Below, piece after piece: positions 1-5,165 of a DNA stretch of 7,512 bases. This stretch comes from Candidatus Thorarchaeota archaeon. Its GTDB lineage: Archaea > Asgardarchaeota > Thorarchaeia > Thorarchaeales > Thorarchaeaceae. Below the pieces are notes generated by a model. It ran no database searches and was not told the origin of the DNA. It saw only the letters and a program-made list of their open reading frames with translations. Location: contig PRDJ01000029.1 in assembly GCA_003345555.1 (NCBI GenBank), positions 1 to 7,512 on the forward strand, read 5' to 3'. How positions within the stretch are numbered: the stretch's first letter is position 1; each line of letters opens with the position of its first letter. The translations under genes were made by a program, and so were the position numbers.

Positions 1-84
1 ATACTCCTAACATCGTTACCTGCCCTGCTAATACCCTCACACATCATCTTTGGGCATCACCAGAGAAGGTCGAAACAGGATTGA
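1..84 (+). CDS. Possible 3' end of a convergent gene from outside the window (TM-like segment plus basic tail)
   Basis: Frame 1 is open from base 1 to TGA 82-84: ILLTSLPALLIPSHIIFGHHQRRSKQD*. Too short to be sure; a minus-strand start at ATG 47 with GGTGA upstream is an alternative reading. Confidence 0.25.
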   Translation: MLLTSLPALLIPSHIIFGHHQRRSKQD

Positions 85-215
85 GATGTTGACCCGAATT
101 GGAAGGAGTGGCTCGGGCCCAGATATGTTGAGCATGCGGTGGGCCGTGCAACATCATGGCGGCCTGTGATGTCTAACCATAGCTGATCACAAACACGACA
201 AAGGACGTCTTCTTG

Positions 216-3200
216 TTACGATTCAGGGTCTGGAGCCTCGGAATGCCCATCATCTTCCGAGGGCAGTGGTACTAGATAGTGTTTCTCAATGGCATCAACT
301 ATCTGGGTGTATACTGTCGTCTCCTCTACGCCAAGGCTGGTCATCTCTCCAGCAAGAGTCTCGAGACCAAACTTCTCCGGGTTCTCCAGCCGGCCCACAG
401 CTTTGGCGACTGTACGAAGGCTCCTTGGCAGTTTCATGTCTTCGACATATCCGTAGTTGTCAAGAAGATGGCCATCGAGGAGATCATCGAATAGCTTCTG
501 GTACTGGGTCGACATCTCAGGATCAACGATACCTGTGGGCGGCAAATCGTAGAAACTATCAAACATGAGTCCGACAGACCTCGCAAACCGCAGGAGTTTC
601 TCCTGCTGCGAATCTGTGGGGGAGCCGAGTGTTATGAATGCGCACATGAGGTTCTTGGTTCTGACCACCCTGATGATATCGGATATCGGTATCACTGCCC
701 CTTCTGTCTCATCGACTCCAAACTCCGTCCTGAACTGAGTGATAGCTGTTATGAAACCCGATATGAGCGATTCATCAAGCCCACTCTTCAGAATCTTGGA
801 GAAAACCGGCAATCCACTGCTCTTGTGCAACACGATAACTCCGATGAGGCTCTTCATGTCATCAAACCTTCTCTTGGTGGCCAAAGCTTGGATCTGACGC
901 CTGCGCTTCCTGTTGGCTGAAACTCTGTTGGTCGACACGCCTATGATGGCGCACATCATGATGAAGATGAATGGGCTCATCTGACGGACTGTCCTTGCTA
1001 GCTGTGCGCTCTCGCTGAGCAGTGGATTCAGAGATGCTTCAAAGCTATCCACATCGAGTTCGTAGTTGTCGAGCGACACATAGATTCGGATTTTCTGCGT
1101 TGTGCCATAGGACGGCATCACGAAGGTCGCCTGATATCTGCCGGGGCTGATTTCTTGGAGCGGAGTGATATCTCCAGGTCCGGGTAATGTCATTATCTGA
1201 AAGGTCACTGACGCGCCAGAGATCGGCTCTCCGGTGCCCGATTTGACTAGCCTAAGACTCAGGGTTGTGTTCTCGCCCTCCAAAGCTTCTAATCCTACGA
1301 CGTCGATGATGCTCAAGCTTGCAGGCACGACGACGAATGACAAGGCTGAAGACCTCGAATCAAAGCCCTCTTTCTCGAATACAATCGTGAGACTGTAGGT
1401 TCCCGTTGCTTGGGGTGCTATGGTGGCTCGATAGTGGCCACTACCTGTGCCAGTCACTTGAACCCATTCAAATCCCGCCCCCTGAACAGAAACGACAGCA
1501 TTCTCAATCCCTGTCGAATTATACATCACGTAGTTGAACGTGAAGTTGTACGACCTGCCATAGATTAGGTCGTTGATCAATGAGATCTCATTGATGGTAC
1601 TAGGAATGCTTGTCACTTCGAGTTTGAATTGAAAGAAGCCGTCCACGTAACCGGTCTTGTTCGAAGTTATGAGTATCATCCAGACGCCGACAGTCTCGGT
1701 CCTGAACGTCAGTCGATAGCCGCCGGTCGTGTTTCTTACTTCACATGAAAGTCCGCTATCAGGGGTTGATGTCATGGCAAAGCTAGCTCCGTCCACTGGT
1801 TGGTTCAAGTCTGTCCGATTGTACGTCACAGTTATCTCGCAAACTTCAGTGAATGGAATGGACTCCTCCGATGCTCCTCCTAGTACTTCTAGGCTCGTTG
1901 GGATGAAGCCTACAACGAGGGTAAAGCCCGCAGTGGAGTACTGATAGTTCTCACACGATGCTTTGAAGGCAATCTGGTATGTTCCAATCTGAAGGGGTTG
2001 AATCGTGATGTTGTACCGGCCGCCCGGCAATGGTACGCAGCTCTGGAAGAGTAGTCCTGACGGTGGGTTCAACACGGTGATGGTTGCACCTGCAACAGGG
2101 CTAGATTCATCGTCTACGAGTAACAGCTGCACTGTGTACGCTTGGTCCATGGCGACACTTGCCCCTGAGGTGCCGACGGTCAACACAGTGGGAGTTTCCA
2201 TCGCTGTAAGAGTGAAGGCGATTACTCTCTCCACATGGTTTTGAAGGGTGGCCCTGATGATGACAGTGTATGTTCCGGTTGTGCTGGGCGTCAAATAGGT
2301 GTAATAGTCACCATTTCCAGAATACGTGAAGGCGAGGTAGCTGAGCCCGGAACTGGGCGACACCTCGGTCACAGTCACGTTTGCACCTGGGAGACCGAAG
2401 CCAGTATTGTTCTCGTAGTGAATGACCAGTCTGTAAGTCTGTCCCATTCTCACTAGGCCTGAGCTACCGTTACGCGAAGATAGGACAGCGCCAGCTTCGG
2501 TGACGAGCAGTGTGAACGTATCGGAGGCCGAGTAGTGATATTGCTTTGTAGCCGTCATTGTCACTGCATAGAGCCCGCTCACTACTCCTCTGAGAGTGAA
2601 TGAGTAGTTACCTCCGCCCATGTCCGTCCAGTCTAGAGACAGCACACCATTGTCGGGACCGCTATAGTCTAGGGTGATTTCTGCTCCATCAATCGGGGAG
2701 CTGTTCGTAAGCGTGTAACTTAGATACACTGTGTAATCATCCAAATATGGGGAGGTTGCGAGCAGGCCACCTACTGATGTGACATCGAGCGTCGTCTCAT
2801 AGAATACTCTTAACGTGAATTGGCACGATGTTGTGTCGTAATATGGCTGGGACGCGTTCACGACGACAATGAACTCCCCGCCTCCAACCAATGAGGTGTC
2901 GAAGTCCGCTTCCCACCAGCTTCTCACTAGGTTGGGATTGTAGGTCACTGTACCGGAAGACCAATTGGCTGCAATCGAAGCCTCATCATCAACTAGATAT
3001 TCTTCGTTGCTGGTATCTGTGTAACGGAGTATGCTTGTGATCACCGAGCCAGCCTCAGTCTCTATGACTGACTGAATGGCAGCCAGACTAGAAGCGTGAT
3101 ACACGTCGAAACCGATGACTGCAAATGCAATCTCTGTACCATTTGTCCAGAAGAGCTCTATTGCCCACAGCCCTGCCGTCGTATTCTCTCCGCCAAGTGT

Positions 3201-4901
3201 CGACGGGGTGCCGTTGAAGGCCCCGTCAACTATGGTTTCAATGTTCTCTTCTCTCCAGACGGTACCATTGGGCATTATCCAAGTGACCTGTGCCGGCTCG
3301 CCTTGGTCGGGTGTGTTCGTTGCAGTACCGAGTTCAGCATGTACTCTCGTCATGTTGCCGGCACGGAAGAGCGAGTCATCTGACCATTGACCTGTAGAAT
3401 CATGGTACTTCTGTGTTGTCAAGCTCTTTGCATAGTTAGGACCATCCAGCTGAACCTCCCACCAACCTATGCGGTTCAAGAGACTGTTCGGAATGGTCAA
3501 CGCACCAGGATTCACATCACACTGGAGTGTGAGATCGTTGAGCAGAGGATCGATTATAGTGACATTCTCCCAGTCTGATGGATACTCAATGTCAATGGTG
3601 GTATTCTCTAGGCCATAGGCGCCCGCCACATAGGTGTACAGCTTGAGAGACGCGCTGTGACCTTGGGTTATTGTGTAGGAGATCCCCGGTTTCGTGGGGT
3701 CCGAAGTCCAAGAAGAGTTAACATACTGATGGAGTAGAAGAGTAACCTTGTAGGTGAATGAGATGGTAGCATTCGCAGTGATTTCCACGTGCAACGGGCT
3801 AGTGGTCCAAAATGATGGGTTTGTGATGACTGCTGTGCCAGCCGTGCCTGTACCGGTGACAGGTGCCTCAAATTCGCCCGCGTGGAATCTCATGTCCGTT
3901 GCTTCAAAATCGGCAGGAACGACCCCCTCAAGCGCTATATTGTCCAGTCGGAGGTCTATCGTCCGTGCGTTTTCCACCCCGTCAGCGACGCCGTCCTCGT
4001 CATAGTCTGCATCGGGGGAGAGCACCAGATTAACGACACCGACAGATTCTGTGATGTACAGTCCGAACATTACATCGAAGCTCGAAGGTGGGCTGGCAAA
4101 GTAGAACGGAATGTCCGAGAGGAAGTACCATGTGTTTCTGGAATCAATGCCGGTCAGCAGACTGATATAGTATCCAGTGGTGTCGACGAAGAATACGAGC
4201 CAGACATCAAGAACGAAGTCGTTGCCTTGGGGGTCTAGTGGTCCGGACGCATATAGGAAATCGAAACTGAGCGAGAAATTACTGGCCAAAGGTGAATTGT
4301 TTATTGTCTGTACCCAGAAGATTTCTGTTGCTTCCCAATGAGTGTATCTCGGCGTGGGGGTGGCGGAATACCTACCGACGTTCGTGGCTACAACGTGCTT
4401 TTGAGTCGAATTGTAGGATGCAGTCGAGTTCTGGAATCCATTGCTCGGGTCGACTATCGAGGTGGTCCATGGTTGCACTCCAGTATCGAATGTGCCATTC
4501 AGCGCGTAGGCTCTTCTGCTGTCGGTTACCTCCACACTTGCCTGACTTGCGAACCAATCGTTGGCCTCATCGATCGTGATATTCCTCTTTGTGTTCGTAC
4601 CAGTGTCGGTCCTTGCTCTCACCTCACTACTCACTTTATACCCTGAGTGCGTCACTCGCGCGGGGTTCAATGTACCGATTACATCATCCTGGGAGAGTGT
4701 CAGAGGAGTAGCATGTGGCGATTGGTGAGTTGTCAAGTCTGGATGTACTGCGGAATCCTCTGCCCGACGCCCATCCTCTTCGCCGCCCGTCATGAGTGGC
4801 TGCTGATAGCTTCCCGGAGTAATGAGCATCGGAAAAACAAGTGCCAACGATAGGAAGGCCAGAATCAGGTGCTTGTTGAGTTTCACGGCGATACATCTCA
4901 C
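216..4901 (-). CDS. Large type-I membrane, receptor-like surface glycoprotein: Ig-like repeat ectodomain, single TM, cytoplasmic longin-like plus winged-helix-like domains
   Basis: 1561-codon uninterrupted ORF (GTG 4901, alternative GTG 4886 giving MKLNKHLILAFLSLALVFPMLI; TAA 216-218). N-terminal basic + hydrophobic signal peptide, seven ~95-100-aa beta-rich repeats, ~29 N-x-S/T sequons all before the TM, hydrophobic segment PFIFIMMCAIIGV followed by RKRRR (positive-inside rule), ~235-aa cytoplasmic tail. The coding call is firm; the product is inferred from motifs. Confidence 0.93.
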   Translation of the reverse strand: MRCIAVKLNKHLILAFLSLALVFPMLITPGSYQQPLMTGGEEDGRRAEDSAVHPDLTTHQSPHATPLTLSQDDVIGTLNPARVTHSGYKVSSEVRARTDTGTNTKRNITIDEANDWFASQASVEVTDSRRAYALNGTFDTGVQPWTTSIVDPSNGFQNSTASYNSTQKHVVATNVGRYSATPTPRYTHWEATEIFWVQTINNSPLASNFSLSFDFLYASGPLDPQGNDFVLDVWLVFFVDTTGYYISLLTGIDSRNTWYFLSDIPFYFASPPSSFDVMFGLYITESVGVVNLVLSPDADYDEDGVADGVENARTIDLRLDNIALEGVVPADFEATDMRFHAGEFEAPVTGTGTAGTAVITNPSFWTTSPLHVEITANATISFTYKVTLLLHQYVNSSWTSDPTKPGISYTITQGHSASLKLYTYVAGAYGLENTTIDIEYPSDWENVTIIDPLLNDLTLQCDVNPGALTIPNSLLNRIGWWEVQLDGPNYAKSLTTQKYHDSTGQWSDDSLFRAGNMTRVHAELGTATNTPDQGEPAQVTWIMPNGTVWREENIETIVDGAFNGTPSTLGGENTTAGLWAIELFWTNGTEIAFAVIGFDVYHASSLAAIQSVIETEAGSVITSILRYTDTSNEEYLVDDEASIAANWSSGTVTYNPNLVRSWWEADFDTSLVGGGEFIVVVNASQPYYDTTSCQFTLRVFYETTLDVTSVGGLLATSPYLDDYTVYLSYTLTNSSPIDGAEITLDYSGPDNGVLSLDWTDMGGGNYSFTLRGVVSGLYAVTMTATKQYHYSASDTFTLLVTEAGAVLSSRNGSSGLVRMGQTYRLVIHYENNTGFGLPGANVTVTEVSPSSGLSYLAFTYSGNGDYYTYLTPSTTGTYTVIIRATLQNHVERVIAFTLTAMETPTVLTVGTSGASVAMDQAYTVQLLLVDDESSPVAGATITVLNPPSGLLFQSCVPLPGGRYNITIQPLQIGTYQIAFKASCENYQYSTAGFTLVVGFIPTSLEVLGGASEESIPFTEVCEITVTYNRTDLNQPVDGASFAMTSTPDSGLSCEVRNTTGGYRLTFRTETVGVWMILITSNKTGYVDGFFQFKLEVTSIPSTINEISLINDLIYGRSYNFTFNYVMYNSTGIENAVVSVQGAGFEWVQVTGTGSGHYRATIAPQATGTYSLTIVFEKEGFDSRSSALSFVVVPASLSIIDVVGLEALEGENTTLSLRLVKSGTGEPISGASVTFQIMTLPGPGDITPLQEISPGRYQATFVMPSYGTTQKIRIYVSLDNYELDVDSFEASLNPLLSESAQLARTVRQMSPFIFIMMCAIIGVSTNRVSANRKRRRQIQALATKRRFDDMKSLIGVIVLHKSSGLPVFSKILKSGLDESLISGFITAITQFRTEFGVDETEGAVIPISDIIRVVRTKNLMCAFITLGSPTDSQQEKLLRFARSVGLMFDSFYDLPPTGIVDPEMSTQYQKLFDDLLDGHLLDNYGYVEDMKLPRSLRTVAKAVGRLENPEKFGLETLAGEMTSLGVEETTVYTQIVDAIEKHYLVPLPSEDDGHSEAPDPES
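264..434 (-). other. Winged-helix-like C-terminal domain (aa ~1490-1546)
   Basis: helix PRSLRTVAKAVGRL, short strand KFGL, helix LETLAGEMTSL, helix EETTVYTQIVDAIEKH, strand YLVP: the a-b-a-a-b pattern of winged helices, followed by an acidic disordered tail. Confidence 0.4.
474..851 (-). other. Cytoplasmic longin-like domain (aa ~1351-1476)
   Basis: Order of apparent secondary structure: b1 LIGVIVLHK, b2 SGLPVFSK, a1 DESLISGFITAITQFRTEF, b3 AVIPI, b4 IIRVVR, b5 LMCAFIT, a2 DSQQEKLLRFARSVGLMF, a3 PEMSTQYQKLFDDLL. This is the bbabbbaa longin topology, with the xxSGL...Dxx(L/I)ISGFxxAI signature seen in archaeal longin-like proteins. Confidence 0.7.
927..980 (-). other. Single transmembrane helix of the large protein (aa ~1308-1325)
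   Basis: MSPFIFIMMCAIIGVSTN is the only long hydrophobic stretch after the signal peptide and is followed by NRKRRR; all sequons lie N-terminal to it. Confidence 0.75.
1026..3095 (-). repeat. Seven tandem ~95-100-aa Ig-like (Big-like) protein repeats, aa ~603-1292
   Basis: Recurrent motifs at ~100-aa spacing: PIDGA(736), GLPGA(836), PVAGA(935), PVDGA(1035), GIENA(1131), PISGA(1226), each followed by GxG/GG-x-Y-x-hydrophobic and, in most units, GxY/W...Y...F-T/K-L. The first unit (603-701) is more divergent. No near-identical DNA repeat is visible. Confidence 0.8.
3096..3380 (-). other. MG2 (macroglobulin-like) / Ig-like domain, aa ~508-602
   Basis: FRAGNMTRVHAEL...VTWIMPNGTVW...TAGLWAIELFW resembles the YRPGETV...DPxG...GxWxI pattern of MG2-type domains. 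Confidence 0.35.
3924..4505 (-). other. CBM4/9-like (galactose-binding-type) beta-sandwich domain, aa ~133-326 of the large protein
   Basis: Opens with NGTFDTGVQPW and closes with LRLDNIALE, matching the NGxF...W / xxDNxxL bracket typical of CBM4/9-like jelly-rolls; rich in aromatic residues. Recognised by pattern only. Confidence 0.5.
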
Positions 4902-4961
4902 GAACTCTGTTATTGCTGAGTCAGCTAGGGGTGGAGGCTGCGCAATGGGGGATTATGGTAG

Positions 4962-5026
4962 AGATTGGCCGCAGTCAATATTATGATATTTATGACAGAT
5001 TACGGAGCCTCTGCGTCCGCCAATCT
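4962..5026. promoter_or_regulatory. Bulged inverted repeat enclosing an AT-rich core: candidate promoter/operator region of the large surface-protein gene
   Basis: AGATTGGC(4962-4969)/GCCAATCT(5019-5026) and CGCAG(4970-4974)/CTGCG(5011-5015) with a 3-nt bulge. The enclosed segment contains ATATTATGATATTTATG, read as TATA-like ATAAATAT on the minus strand (4993-4986). Confidence 0.4.
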
Positions 5027-5165
5027 TGGAGACCTGAGCAAGAACATGGACCCAAAGGGCCGGACCGAGCGTCCAATCAGCCCGGCACTCTAGACAATAC
5101 GCAGGCATGAGAAATTCTCGGGGCCTTTTATGAACACGACTAGGGACGATTGTATCGTCTCTGCT

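Noticed and set aside
1-61. Minus-strand start ATG 47 (MMCEGISRAGNDVRS...) preceded by GGTGA at 57-61
   Set aside because: Only 15 codons with no recognisable motif; it cannot be distinguished from the competing plus-strand gene end without flanking sequence.
151-172. ACATCA...TGATGT stem-loop downstream of the receptor gene
   Set aside because: 6 Watson-Crick pairs plus wobble pairs and no U-tract; could be chance. It would only matter if the convergent gene at 1..84 is real.
4918-4959. G-rich stretch (GGGG..GG..GG..GGGGG..GG) as a G-quadruplex, and TGAGTCA as an AP-1-like site
   Set aside because: Only two G-runs of three or more; the AP-1 match is the core of the palindrome already listed and has no meaning in a prokaryote.
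4913-5110. 65-aa plus-strand ORF in the intergenic gap
   Set aside because: No recognisable motif or clear SD, and it overlaps the probable promoter region of the receptor gene. A small protein cannot be fully excluded.
5145-5159. GACGAT-TGT-ATCGTC hairpin just after the peptidase stop codon
   Set aside because: Only 6 bp with no following U-tract on the minus strand; not enough to call a terminator.
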